DNA of 64,000 bases from Balanoglossus misakiensis (GCA_040954595.2 CM082584.2:4220110-4284109), one strand, 5' to 3'; positions 38,601 through 52,019 are shown, counted from the first letter of the stretch. Numbers and translations: made by a program. Notes: generated by a model not told the origin, from the letters alone.

Positions 38601-40162
38601 ATTGTGGAGCTATCGGTGTGGAACATCCCGAGGAATCTGTCATTGTCAGGTGGACTGAAGACGACACTAAAATTAATGTTGGGTGAGTAAGATCTGTGTC
38701 AAGTCTCTCTAAAATATTGTAAATAATTTATAAATACATAGCTCAAAAACAGGACAGAAGATTGCTCCCTCGAGGCGCTGATGACCCAAGAAACAAGTGC
38801 AATGACTGAGCATGCACCGTACAGTGAAAAGAGGGCTCCCTAACCCGAGGCGTAATTAACTCCAATGACACATTATTATTTAACAAATCTTTCAATTTTT
38901 GAAGCAAACTACTTGCTTCAGAAGTGTGTTCTTGGAAAAGATATTTCATTTGTTTTTTGTGGCTCCAATGGATATTTTCTGTAAATGAGTGTGTGTTATG
39001 GTGCATCTTAATCTGAATTTGATTGTTCTTTTTGTGTTTGCAGAGTTGTCAGTCCTATTGATGGGAAATCCATGGAGGGAATTGCCAGCTTGCGGATTCA
39101 GAATAGTACAGATTACATGGGGGAGAATCGAGCAATTCGCTGGACTGAAGTCTTCTTCTTACATAATGAAGAAAGTGTTGGCCAGCGATGTGACACAGTC
39201 GATTTAAGCCGGTTGGCTGAGACATTGGCTCAAGGATGCTGTATGGCACTTTGTCCCCACTTGGATGGACTGAAGGAGAGTCATATGTCCAAAATTGGGC
39301 TGAGAGTAACTATCGGTGCTGACAGGGTGAGTCCACTGTTCACAAATAGAGTAAAACCTATCCAAACCGAACCCTGTCTAATCGGGAAACAGAACACATT
39401 TTGCTTTCCCTTTGACATGGAACCATATGTTAAAAGAACCTTTATAAACTGGACACCTCTGCAAACCGAACAATTTCTTCAGTCCCTTTGGTGTTCGGCT
39501 TATTGCAGAATGAAAAAGAAAGTTTGTCGAGAAATTATGTGACAGTGGTAAAAAAACTCTGCATGGTTTTTGATGTTCCATGTCGCATCAATTTTATTGA
39601 AACTAACAAAACCTGTGATTGATTTGTATGAAAGTGTGTGTCGTTAGTTACATTGTGTAACTTCCAATATTCAACTTTTCATTTGACCTTGTTGACAATT
39701 TTAACCCTAACGCTGCCAAGTGCGTGTTATTCAGTAGGGCCTATACAAGACCCTCAGACCAATACAGTGCAAACCAATGCGATTTGGTACATTTTACAGG
39801 GTGCTCAGACTGCCAAGTGTGTCTAAGTACGTATGAGAGCCATGTCAAGATAGTCAAAATATGTTTTAGAAGAAAAAGTGGCAAATATGTATTTTAAGGG
39901 ACTTGACACTCTAAACAGGTATGACACCCAGTAGCATTAGGGTTAAGGAGTAAACATTTTTAACATGGCCAAATGACAATTAATATTTTGAAACATTTTT
40001 CTCCCATAGGTCGGTTATGAAATTGGATCAAATGGAACCATCCTACCAGACAAATTTATGTCGGAATTGGATAACCATTTAATACCTGTGATTACCAGCG
40101 CTGTCAGCCAACAAGATGATGGACCAATTACAATGGAACTTGTATTCTATATCTTAGAGTAA
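26692..40162 (+). CDS. ZFYVE9: SARA/endofin family zinc-finger FYVE protein (ZFYVE9/ZFYVE16 co-ortholog); 15 coding exons, ~1560 aa
   Basis: Exons 26692-26758 ([19 protein letters not shown]), 27190-29747, 30413-30512, 31335-31517, 32748-32990, 33433-33486, 33732-33800, 34152-34316, 34974-35198, 35805-35887, 37112-37216, 37666-37816, 38439-38682, 39044-39326, 40010-40162; total 4683 nt in frame. [25 protein letters not shown], Smad-binding [15 protein letters not shown]1 motif RHVRFSDG, C-terminal SARA domain ([25 protein letters not shown]; MELVFYILE*). Confidence 0.92.
29916..30274. mobile_element. Palindromic TTAA-type MITE family B
   Basis: GACAAAGTCTCTCTCTCG ... CGAGAGAGAGACTTTGTCCCT+TTAA; the whole body is an imperfect palindrome. 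Confidence 0.75.
30813..30851. mobile_element. 39-bp TIR-only derivative of MITE family B
   Basis: TTAA-AGGGACAAAGTCTCTCTGCGAGAGAGAGACTTTGTCCCT-TTAA. Confidence 0.8.
31555..31761. mobile_element. Tc1/mariner-like MITE family C
   Basis: CTGTAAAACAC..ATTTTCGCGAG / CTCACGAAAATAATGTGTTTTACAG; TA TSD. Confidence 0.75.
33593..33660. mobile_element. 68-bp TTAA-flanked hairpin MITE
   Basis: AGGGGAAGTTCAGTAAGGCTGA / TCAGTCTTACTGAACGTCCCCT; TTAA on both sides. Confidence 0.7.
36019..36088. repeat. (GTCT)n/(GTAT)n microsatellite
   Basis: Direct reading; abuts the 3' end of the Penelope fragment. Confidence 0.85.
36093..36945 (-). mobile_element. 5'-truncated Penelope-like retroelement (GIY-YIG endonuclease end plus 3' region), one nonsense codon
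   Basis: Minus-strand frame ~36945-36312: [78 protein letters not shown]; in-frame TAA at 36714-36716. Confidence 0.88.
36123..36173 (-). ncRNA. Minimal type I hammerhead ribozyme (Penelope-associated)
   Basis: Minus strand: AGTCTC-CTGATGA-GTGAGTC-TAGT-GACTCAC-GAAA-CAGCGTTG-TA-GAGATT; intact core, 7-bp stem II, 6-bp stem I, GUA cleavage triplet. Confidence 0.85.
38016..38220. mobile_element. Tc1/mariner-like MITE family C
   Basis: CTGTAAAACGGGTTCTTTTCGC / GCGAAAATAACCCATTTTACAG; TA TSD. Confidence 0.75.
39705..39942. mobile_element. piggyBac-like MITE
   Basis: TTAA-CCCTAACGCTGC ... GTAGCATTAGGG-TTAA. Confidence 0.6.
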
Positions 40163-41023
40163 AACCTAGAGATAAACTGTTCTTGATATTTACTGAATAT
40201 TTGTTGTTTGTGAGTGGAGAAACTCATGGAATCTGAATGTTTTTAATGAAATTACATCTTCAAGTATGTAAAAAGCATAAAATACATGCCGGATAATTTT
40301 TTTTTTAAATTTGAGTCTCTGAAGGAAAAAATGATGTTAAAAAATATGCAAATATATCAAAGTTTTCTAATAATATATCCATTCTCAAGAACATGTACAT
40401 TGTGAAAAAATAAGATTAATTATTACAAATATTTTCCAAAAGCAGTTACTATTTTTACATTATTCCTAGATACTGATATGAAATGTTGGACGAACAGATC
40501 ATGTATTGTGTAGGCAGTGGATAGGTTTTCTCTTGTTTCATGATGACTCAGTAACTAATTATGTCTGTTGATGTACTGAAGCAAGTTCTGAGAGTCGTTT
40601 ATGTTTATACAGGAAAAGAAGTAATATCAGCAAAATATGTTCCATATATGCAGTGTATACAATAGTGTCCGGTATTGTGTAGTAGCAATTTTTCTTGTCT
40701 ATATTAATATTATGTTATGAACTGTTTTTCATAAGCAATGGTTATTTACAAATTTGTGTATTATGCCTAAACATTAAACCATGTTCTGTGCCCTGATTCA
40801 TGTCCATGTTTTGAACACCTAACTTCTCTATATGACTTCAGTTATTTTATTTTTAATTTGTTTGAACATTTCATAAAATCCTGTTGTTCCATCATGGGCT
40901 GATCGAGTGATTGTTTTCACCCGGAAGGCCAATTGGCTTTGTGCTGGTATTCGATTGACATTTAGACAAGTACAGACCTTTTTCAACAAAAATTTCACAG
41001 TCAGTGACCGACCACTCCCTTAA

Positions 41024-41901
41024 AGCGCGTAGCTCGTCTCACACGCATGTTCCAGCTGTAACCGCTTAGTGACGTTTAGTGAACAGTCAATCCCATAAGG
41101 CAGTACTCTGTCATAACAACAGACAAGATGGCGGCAACCATAATCTGTGTTGGAGATCGGGAAAAGACACTAGTTTGAAGGTCCCATGCCATGCCCTATA
41201 CAACCACGCGTAAAATCACTATTTGGGTCTTGAAGTTAACGTATGTTACTATCTTGCAATGCGTTTTGCCCCTTGTGCTTAGATAACAAGCAAGTAAAAG
41301 TGGCGGGTGGGCGTGTACCCCTAACCCAACTCAGTCGAGTTTTTTCGGCTTTTCGAAGTTCAGTTGAAGGCTTATCTTGATGTGGACAAATAGTCTTTCA
41401 CACCTTCGTAAATCCTCTGCCTGTAATGTGAGGCAAGGGCTTCCTTTGCTTTGAACACTGTTTATATAGCTTGTCTTTGTCTGTGGACTTAATTACTCAT
41501 GGACTGCTAATTACACTTTACTGTTAGCAGAATGGTACACTACAACGTAGTGTACTTGTTTGTCCATATGCAAATACCTTCGCCTGGCTCGAGTGCGAAG
41601 TGGCTCCCTGATCACAGGCATGAAAAAAGGTGGCAAATTCCGGCATTCGTGCACATTTTTCAGAACCGACACAATAGGCAATGCATAGACAGGTACCCTA
41701 GGTGAGCTTTTGACGTGGAAAAATGAAAACTTTCCAAAGCATGACATGGGACCTTTGAGTGAAAGGAGGGACAAAACCAGAATCAACTTATACGGTGCGC
41801 ATGAAATATGGAAGGAAGCGAAGGCAGTCCACTATTTGAATGCATCGAACGGAAAATTTGCTGGGAAGTTCCGCGCATGCGCGTGAGACGAGCTACGCGC
41901 T
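41024..41901. mobile_element. TTAA-flanked MITE hosting a nested family A copy
   Basis: AGCGCGTAGCTCGTCTCAC / GTGAGACGAGCTACGCGCT; TTAA at 41020-41023 and 41902-41905. Confidence 0.82.
41179..41754. mobile_element. Kolobok-like MITE family A, copy 3 (TTGA TSD)
   Basis: Same TIRs and body as copies 1-2; TTGA at 41175-41178 and 41755-41758. Confidence 0.85.
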
Positions 41902-44900
41902 TTAAGTAGACTGGGCTGCAGTGTATTCTCACACATTCTCACAAATCATTGTTAGTTCCCATTTTGCAGAGTTGTGGCATGGATCGTTCACTAGGCAAAT
42001 TTCTCCAAAAATTATGAATTCTTCCGAAATTATTCAGAAAATGTGCCAAATGGTAGTGGGGCAGTTGTCATTGTAAGTCTGTTGTTTGTGGTGGAAATAG
42101 AAATCTACCGATAAATAAAGAGAGCATTGTTTGAATGCTAAATTATTCATGTGGCAAAATGTTACTATTATGGAAATGGGCAAATCATTGTCTTTTGATA
42201 TGTATGCTTTTTTCCAACTTACATTTTTCTGGTCGTGTTTAGACATTACTGATATTCATTTTCATGTTCATTTATGCCTGTTTTGAATGTAAACTTTTGC
42301 TAGATATCTTTGCAGTTTTATATTCAGAAAAGATGAATATATCACCTTAAATCCAAACATCAAACCAGTCCCATCTTATTGTTGTGATGTCCATAAGATG
42401 CCTCATATAAATTTCTGAGTTGACTTATATTAATTTTGCCTTAACCTACCCACCTACCAGGAAAACAATAGAATAAAAAAAACATTTTCTAATTGGTTTC
42501 TTGGCCAGGAGTATGAAAAATATCTTATTTTTGATTTTTAATATCTTTGGCATTGTTATTCATTTTCTCTGAAAACCTGCCTGCATGTATAAGGCAAGCT
42601 GAGAGTTTTACTAAGGTTCCTAAAACAGTGTTCATATAGCAAGAAATTAATTTGCTGAGTAAATTTTTTCTTTTGCTGAATGTACAATAAGGGATGTTTT
42701 TCTCTCTCTCTCTCTCTCTCTCTCTTGGTGGCGCTACAACACTGGTGTTGTGCGAAAGAGCCTTACCAATATATGCCACATTATAAAGAAGAATTAATTA
42801 GCAATGTTTGTGTGCTATCTTATCATTTTACTCGGTATTTCATTTTTCTTTCTAAGTCAATGTTCTTGGCTACAGGCATGAGTTCTACATTTATGAGTAA
42901 CAAGTTCTGTGGGGACTATGTGGTACCATTTTCAACTTTCATGTTTTGTTGATATGTAAATCAAGTGGATGTTATGTTTGGAGTTGTATTTACATGAAAA
43001 ACATGGTAATACTAAATTGCATTTTAAACTTTCCAAACAAGTCATCCAAATTTTTGAATGAGGAGAAATTTAGTACACAGTAATTCTCTGAAAATATTCA
43101 TTCAGACATGCTAAATACATCTGGGTGAGAAATTTTGATCATTTTGATTTTTAGGAATCACGTTATTCGAAATAAAAATAACTGACCATCAAACTCTGTG
43201 TTACCAATGTGTAGGGTACTTTGATTTATTTTATTTTCAGTGTCGTAATCATGAAAACTATGTTGAGCAAATAAAATTTGAATTAAAGGGACATAAGTTG
43301 TAATATTTGGCTTTATTACGCTCCTATGCCATATGTACATATGGTAGGGAGGATAGGTATACATTGACACCCGATTGTGGCTGTATGTTGTAATTTGAAC
43401 ACGCTATATACTAGTATTAAACAGGTGCCACACCCATTTAATCAGCATCCATACAAACAGTATGTAGCTATTGTAGTACATGTATACGTCGCCAAGAGAA
43501 GACAAACTGATGCAAATGCAAGTTATACGGCTTAATGGTGAGAATTTTAAAGGATAGGGAGAATGTGACATTTGGCAGCTCATGGGGCTTTAACATACGT
43601 TCTTGAAGTTATTAAAAAATGACAATTTGACAACTGCTCTTTACTTTGATTCTCAAACTTGTCTATTAAAATGTATGGTCAATGAGACAATGTGCTGTGG
43701 AACACAGTTGAAAATCCAAGGAAATTTAGGTGCCGTTTTAATTCCATTCTGTTTTAAATTTTTGAGCTTGTAAATCAATTTTCCCAAATTGTCACTGTCA
43801 ACCAGATAATTTTACAGAATGTTAAAAAAGGAAACAGCTGGCTTTTTGTTTGTTTCCCTGGCAACTGCTTTGGCTCTGTCACTAAGTTTGACCAGTTGGA
43901 CTTACCGCGCTGCTTGCTGCTGGCTACACAGGAGCATCATCATTGAACACGCATTCTCATGTCCTGATATGACCTTTCATTAGTCACATGACCAGGGTAA
44001 TAGTTTGTAGTTCTATTTTCTTGTCATGTGACTGATTCTAGCAAATCACAACACAGCATGAGCATGAGGTGTGTTAAAAATTTTATTAGTAGTAAGCTTC
44101 CATTTAATGACCCAAACTGTAGCTAGTATTAAAACTCACTAAGTGGTTGGTCAGGCTTCTTATAGTGTTGTTGACACTACTTTAGCAAATATGAAGGAGA
44201 TGGCATTCTGTTTTTTGTGGCTTTTGCCTTCTGAATTTCTGTGATTTTTCTGTATTTTTGTGATTTGTCTGGGCACAGAAATTGTATGTATGACTGTTAG
44301 TTTTTCCGTGGGTACCCAACCTTTTGTGACTGCACACAGCCTTGAGAAGTGTGCGATACAAAGTTTGAACATGCAGAATAGGTAGTGTTATAAACTGGCC
44401 TCTGGTGGGGCCATATTGACTAGCGGATGTGCTGTTGCAAGGTTATGAGTGGTCTTGGTTACCCAGACCCCCCTGCTTCTTCCGTTGGGCACTCCAGAAA
44501 GAGGGTCTGGGGAAACCCCATAGACAAATCTCCGGGCAAAGATGGCCGACTCGGGACAAAAGCAATGCAAAGGAAAGAGTCAGAATTGGCCTGCAGCTGA
44601 CCAATGAGACTTAGTGGGTAGAATACTGTGCGTGTTGGAGCATTTCTTGACTACTTCTAGTCATATCGTCGAGCAGCACAGATATCGGACCTTGTTCATC
44701 AAAATGTCCCTTTTCCTTTAGGCCCTATGACGATGTCGAATATTATGCTGACGGCGCTTTGTAACACACGTCAATACCGCTTAGCATGGACGTAAAAAGA
44801 GAAGGACTTAGGACTGTCCATTGAGCTATTGTTCAGGTGATGGTTGCCGCCGCTCCGTTATCTCCTAATACTCCGTAATACTTTAATCGGATTATACCCG

Positions 44901-45349
44901 TAATTTATTCAAGAGTGGGTTCGGGTACTATATTCGGTACTGTTCGGGTGTTTCCGTTGGAGTCAATTGATCATATAAAGATAGGGTAAGTGCGCGAGTC
45001 GAAGAGTTCCTGCCCAGCTACCATGTGGGCAGTGGTGAGGCTTATCCCTGGGGAGGCATAACAGCTTACGTAAGGTCGCGTGTTGATGACATGACCCAAG
45101 GTCATTTATCATCCACAGAGAGCGCATGTGCAGCTACAGTGTACATACGGAGAAAGTACGGTGTTTTGGTGTGGGAGGCACATATAATTAGATATTTTAC
45201 TACACTTCGTGAAAATTAACTCAGGAAAGTAAATATAACAGTTTGCCTTTGTATCAATTACGGTACTGTGACAGGAGTGTCTGGCATGCTCCGATAGAAA
45301 TTATGGAATGTTTGGTTAAAGTAACTGGATTACAACTTGATATAGGTAA

Positions 45350-46142
45350 GGCTGCATTCACAAACACCTCTGGAGGGGGGGGGGCAGGAGAATTGAGGGG
45401 GGGGGGTTGAAAAAATTGAGGGTATGTAAGGGGGGATTTGAAATAATTTAGGGACTGAAAGGGGGGGACTTGAAAACTTTAACGACTAAATATTTATTTT
45501 GAGTCCACAAAAATGCAGTTTCGCGCCCTTTATTTTACAAAATTTTCTAATGTGGGAGGGGGACACCCACCCCCTCCATTCATCAACACCTTTCAATCAT
45601 TGACTGGTTTATCTAGTGTCCCAGGTCAAGGGACTTGCCCCACCCCATGATAAATTTGAGCGACGACGGTTAAATTTGTCCTCCCCAACATACCGGTAGT
45701 TGAGTTAATTTGCTTTTGCCGGGTTCATTAAAATGCAGCTTTGAGCTCTGTATTTTAGAAAATTGTCTTACGTGGGAGGGGGACACCCCCTCCCAAACCC
45801 ACCCCCTTCAATTCTCGGTTTACAATGTCTCCCAACACAGAATACAAATATATGTACTTAAAAAATAAAAACAATGTTCACTTTTAATACCCACTGATGA
45901 GGGGAAACATCAGTTTCAAAATCTTTTCATGGGAGCGCTGTTTTTCTTTACAAGATAGATAGGTGATGTGTTTTGCTCTGTGAAAGAAAATGGGGGGGGG
46001 GGATTTCAAAATTTTGGCAGTTCGGAAAGGGGGGATTTGAAAATATTGGCAGTTCGGAAGGGGGGCATGTGAAAATTAGCGGTAAAAAAAATTGAATTCT
46101 CCCGCCCCCCCCCCCCCTCCAGAGGTGTTTGTGAATGCAGCC
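45350..46142. mobile_element. PIF/Harbinger-like MITE with G-tract-rich arms
   Basis: TIR GGCTGCATTCACAAACACCTCTGGAGGGGGGGG; TAA TSD (45347-45349 / 46143-46145); removing it restores an inverted copy of the 180-bp unit. Confidence 0.85.
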
Positions 46143-46200
46143 TAAGTAAACTAATTTCAGTTGATGGCTGGGGAAGGTAATCATCGATGAAAATTTGGAA

Positions 46201-49200
46201 TGATTACTTTCCCCAGCTATCAACTCAAATTAGTTTACTTACCTATATCAAGTTGTAATCCACTTACTTTAACCAAACATTCCATAATTTCTATCGGAGC
46301 ATGCTTCCACCCACATGGCAGGAGTATTTTCCACCCACGTGGCAGGTCATCATCAAACCATGCTCTGACATTTTCATCCACGATTATTTTCCCCAGCCAT
46401 CAACTCAAATTAGTTTACTTACCTATATCAAGTTGTAATCCAGTTACTTTAACCAAACATTCCATAATTTCTATCGGAGCATGCTTCCACCCACATGGCA
46501 GGAGTAATTTCCACCCACGTGGCAGGTCATCATCAAACCATGCTCTGACATTTTCATCCACGATTATTTTCCCCAGCCATCAACTCAAATTAGTTTACTT
46601 ACCTATATCAAGTTGTAATCCAGTTACTTTAACCAAACATTCCATAATTTCTATCGGAGCATGCTTCCACCCACATGGCAGGAGTAATTTCCACCCACGT
46701 GGCAGGTCATCATCAAACCATGCTCTGACATTTTCATCCACGATTATTTTCCCCAGCCATCAACTCAAATTAGTTTACTTACCTATATCAAGTTGTAATC
46801 CACTTACTTTAACCAAACATTCCATAATTTCTATCGGAGCATGCTTCCACCCACATGGCAGGAGTAATTTCCACCCACGTGGCAGGTCATCATCAAACCA
46901 TGCTCTGACATTTTCATCCACGATTATTTTCCCCAGCCATCAACTCAAATTAGTTTACTTACCTATATCAAGTTGTAATCCAGTTACTTTAACCAAACAT
47001 TCCATAATTTCTATCGGAGCATGCTTCCACCCACATGGCAGGAGTAATTTCCACCCACGTGGCAGGTCATCATCAAACCATGCTCTGACATTTTCATCCA
47101 CGATTATTTTCCCCAGCCATCAACTCAAATTAGTTTACTTACCTATATCAAGTTGTAATCCAGTTACTTTAACCAAACATTCCATAATTTCTATCGGAGC
47201 ATGCTTCCACCCACATGGCAGGAGTAATTTCCACCCACGTGGCAGGTCATCATCAAACCATGCTCTGACATTTTCATCCACGATTATTTTCCCCAGCCAT
47301 CAACTCAAATTAGTTTACTTACCTATATCAAGTTGTAATCCACTTACTTTAACCAAACATTCCATAATTTCTATCGGAGCATGCTTCCACCCACATGGCA
47401 GGAGTAATTTCCACCCACGTGGCAGGTCATCATCAAACCATGCTCTGACATTTTCATCCACGATTATTTTCCCCAGCCATCAACTCAAATTAGTTTACTT
47501 ACCTATATCAAGTTGTAATCCACTTACTTTAACCAAACATTCCATAATTTCTATCGGAGCATGCTTCCACCCACATGGCAGGAGTATTTTCCACCCACGT
47601 GGCAGGTCATCATCAAACCATGCTCTGACATTTTCATCCACGATTATTTTCCCCAGCCATCAACTCAAATTAGTTTACTTACCTATATCAAGTTGTAATC
47701 CAGTTACTTTAACCAAACATTCCATAATTTCTATCGGAGCATGCTTCCACCCACATGGCAGGAGTAATTTCCACCCACGTGGCAGGTCATCATCAAACCA
47801 TGCTCTGACATTTTCATCCACGATTATTTTCCCCAGCCATCAACTCAAATTAGTTTACTTACCTATATCAAGTTGTAATCCAGTTACTTTAACCAAACAT
47901 TCCATAATTTCTATCGGAGCATGCTTCCACCCACATGGCAGGAGTAATTTCCACCCACGTGGCAGGTCATCATCAAACCATGCTCTGACATTTTCATCCA
48001 CGATTATTTTCCCCAGCCATCAACTCAAATTAGTTTACTTACCTATATCAAGTTGTAATCCAGTTACTTTAACCAAACATTCCATAATTTCTATCGGAGC
48101 ATGCTTCCACCCACATGGCAGGAGTAATTTCCACCCACGTGGCAGGTCATCATCAAACCATGCTCTGACATTTTCATCCACGATTATTTTCCCCAGCCAT
48201 CAACTCAAATTAGTTTACTTACCTATATCAAGTTGTAATCCAGTTACTTTAACCAAACATTCCATAATTTCTATCGGAGCATGCTTCCACCCACATGGCA
48301 GGAGTAATTTCCACCCACGTGGCAGGTCATCATCAAACCATGCTCTGACATTTTCATCCACGATTATTTTCCCCAGCCATCAACTCAAATTAGTTTACTT
48401 ACCTATATCAAGTTGTAATCCAGTTACTTTAACCAAACATTCCATAATTTCTATCGGAGCATGCTTCCACCCACATGGCAGGAGTAATTTCCACCCACGT
48501 GGCAGGTCATCATCAAACCATGCTCTGACATTTTCATCCACGATTATTTTCCCCAGCCATCAACTCAAATTAGTTTACTTACCTATATCAAGTTGTAATC
48601 CAGTTACTTTAACCAAACATTCCATAATTTCTATCGGAGCATGCTTCCACCCACATGGCAGGAGTAATTTCCACCCACGTGGCAGGTCATCATCAAACCA
48701 TGCTCTGACATTTTCATCCACGATTATTTTCCCCAGCCATCAACTCAAATTAGTTTACTTACCTATATCAAGTTGTAATCCACTTACTTTAACCAAACAT
48801 TCCATAATTTCTATCGGAGCATGCTTCCACCCACATGGCAGGAGTAATTTCCACCCACGTGGCAGGTCATCATCAAACCATGCTCTGACATTTTCATCCA
48901 CGATTATTTTCCCCAGCCATCAACTCAAATTAGTTTACTTACCTATATCAAGTTGTAATCCACTTACTTTAACCAAACATTCCATAATTTCTATCGGAGC
49001 ATGCTTCCACCCACATGGCAGGAGTATTTTCCACCCACGTGGCAGGTCATCATCAAACCATGCTCTGACATTTTCATCCACGATTATTTTCCCCAGCCAT
49101 CAACTCAAATTAGTTTACTTACCTATATCAAGTTGTAATCCAGTTACTTTAACCAAACATTCCATAATTTCTATCGGAGCATGCTTCCACCCACATGGCA

Positions 49201-49909
49201 GGAGTAATTTCCACCCACGTGGCAGGTCATCATCAAACCATGCTCTGACATTTTCATCCACGATTATTTTCCCCAGCCATCAACTCAAATTAGTTTACTT
49301 ACCTATATCAAGTTGTAATCCAGTTACTTTAACCAAACATTCCATAATTTCTATCGGAGCATGCTTCCACCCACATGGCAGGAGTAATTTCCACCCACGT
49401 GGCAGGTCATCATCAAACCATGCTCTGACATTTTCATCCACGATTATTTTCCCCAGCCATCAACTCAAATTAGTTTACTTACCTATATCAAGTTGTAATC
49501 CACTTACTTTAACCAAACATTCCATAATTTCTATCGGAGCATGCTTCCACCCACATGGCAGGAGTAATTTCCACCCACGTGGCAGGTCATCATCAAACCA
49601 TGCTCTGACATTTTCATCCACGATTATTTTCCCCAGCCATCAACTCAAATTAGTTTACTTACCTATATCAAGTTGTAATCCAGTTACTTTAACCAAACAT
49701 TCCATAATTTCTATCGGAGCATGCTTCCACCCACATGGCAGGAGTAATTTCCACCCACGTGGCAGGTCATCATCAAACCATGCTCTGACATTTTCATCCA
49801 CGATTATTTTCCCCAGCCATCAACTCAAATTAGTTTACTTACCTATATCAAGTTGTAATCCACTTACTTTAACCAAACATTCCATAATTTCTATCGGAGC
49901 ATGCTTCCA
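46201..49909. repeat. 180-bp tandem satellite, ~20.6 near-identical units
   Basis: Exact 180-nt period; apart from the first partial unit, only two variable positions (CAC/CAG-TTAC and GAGTAT/GAGTAA). Confidence 0.97.
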
Positions 49910-50414
49910 GTATTATCGACTTCTCACCCATTATTCGATATAATGGCATATCGGCACCTACCAGCATCTTTCTTTTAAAAAATTTTAACTGGGGAGTTAC
50001 ATGGTATTGATTTATCGAATAACAGCGGCTGCAGCTGGTCATGGACTTGACATTATTACCATAAAATATTAGACTATTTAATAAAGACATACATGACACT
50101 CATTACCATTTAACATTTTACAATATGTTTTCACTTAGAAATTCAACGCTATGACAAACTGAAACCTTAGTTTCTGAATGATAATTTGTATGATGTCAAA
50201 TCAGGTGTTCGTCACGATCTCTCCTATGGCATAAGACAACTAGAGAGATTGGTCAGTTATTTTGTGATCAAATGACTTGCTAGAGACCTACTTCTACCTG
50301 TAGTAGACTCTAGACACAATCTTCATTTTTAGAACTTATTATCAATTTTCCCCATCATAGACGAAATGGCATGGTATATAGACTATAGGGACCGATCATG
50401 GTGATTTTGATGAT

Positions 50415-50555
50415 GGTAACAACAACAACAATACAACATAATACAATGCAATGCAATGTAATAATAATAACAATACAAAAACAACAACGACGACGACAAC
50501 AATAATAGTAATAATAATAATGATGATGATGATCATCATCATCATAATAATAATA
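50415..50555. repeat. Compound trinucleotide simple repeats (AAC/AAT/GAC/GAT/CAT)
   Basis: Direct reading. Confidence 0.8.
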
Positions 50556-52019
50556 CCAAAGCCTCAAAAATGTTTACAGATAAAAACATAAAGTAAATAC
50601 AATGACACTGCAATGAAAATATCTACCCGCAAAATAAAATCGAAATCGAACATCTTATTTTTAAAAATTCATCACAGCAGAGTAAAAACAAAATTATAAA
50701 AGAAAACTTGTGGAGCGTTCCCATATCACAAGTAATTTATGTAAAAATGTCTAATCTAACCTAAAACACGCGCTAAAACAAATGAAGTGGCTAGCACCCA
50801 AAAATAATAAAACATCAAAGTTTTAATCAACCATTTAAAGATTGTTAACAAAGTGTGTTTCGATGTCGTTAAACTTAGCCACAATATGAGCTGTACAAGA
50901 CTTTTTTTGCATTACAAAGTACAGTAATTCATTAAAATTGTCTTTTTGCTAATTGTAGATTAAAGAGACATACTATCTCAAAAAATGTCATGCTTAAAAT
51001 TCAAATAGCAGCTATATTTCGTAATTTACGTATCTTTGTTGTAGGATCGTACATCGTAATCGTATTATGTTGGTTGGGGTATGAACAGAAACGACAACGT
51101 TAACATTTCACATTGAGGGCGTTCTCCACATGCTACCCCCCCCCCCCTCCCTCCGCCGCTCGCTCGCTCGCTCGCTCACTTCGGACATCGTATACCACTG
51201 ATACGATGGACCAACTGTCTTGTCATGATAAATCGTGTAAAGAACGCAGTAAACTGAATGCTACTTTATACAGTATACTATAGTATTTCGAGTCAATTTC
51301 CCGATCCAGTATGCCTCCATAGGTGCCCCAAATTGAGAAAGATCGCGCGTTTTTCCGACGTTTAATGTGCATCACATTCACAACGATATTTTTGAAATCT
51401 AGGCTATATTTACCCAGATCGATTTTCATGAAGTAATTTCACATCTGCACGTCGTATGTTACAGTAAATAAGGCGTTAGCATAGTGCGAACGTCGAAAGG
51501 AGAGTGCATGCGTTGGAATGCGGAACTACGTGACTATCTGTCACTCTCTCTTGCACTAACTGTGAAATTTCCGCAAATAATGGTTTTTAGATTCTTTAGA
51601 CACAACGAAATAACATTTCCGTGTAGTAATTTTAAGAACTGGAGGCTGTATTTTGCATGAAATAGTGCGAACGCGCAGACTACGAATGCAAATGTGATCT
51701 GCGTCCCCTGGGATCCACCACAGCTCTGCTCACATGGTAGGAAGGCAGGTTCTCTCTGACGCGCGCACATACTATCTGCATATAAACATCAGGCTGCATG
51801 GAACGCGCATGTGCGTGACCTTTGACTTTGAACCATCGAGGAGATTCGGCCCGTATGCACCAAATCTACGCTGAAAAAAACATGAATTGCGTCTTTGGCC
51901 AAGCTGGTAGCTCTTGTCATGTAGTCCACAAATTACAACATACATTAAAGGTTTTATGCCGATCGAACAGATATTGTAGGCACCGTTTGGTTTACCGGCA
52001 ATTCCACTCGAAGTCGACG

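Noticed and set aside
14607-41786. Three similar short ORFs [10 protein letters not shown].. as a small gene family
   Set aside because: All lie inside copies of MITE family A.
45894-45920. CTGATGA..GAAAC as a second hammerhead
   Set aside because: Only 3 nt separate the core motifs, so there is no stem II, and no matching stems I or III.
46200-49943. 1247-aa ORF of 60-aa repeats
   Set aside because: By-product of a 180-bp period with one stop-free frame. Both variable sites change the amino acid, no domain is recognisable, and it lies inside a TIR element. Translation cannot be excluded without data.
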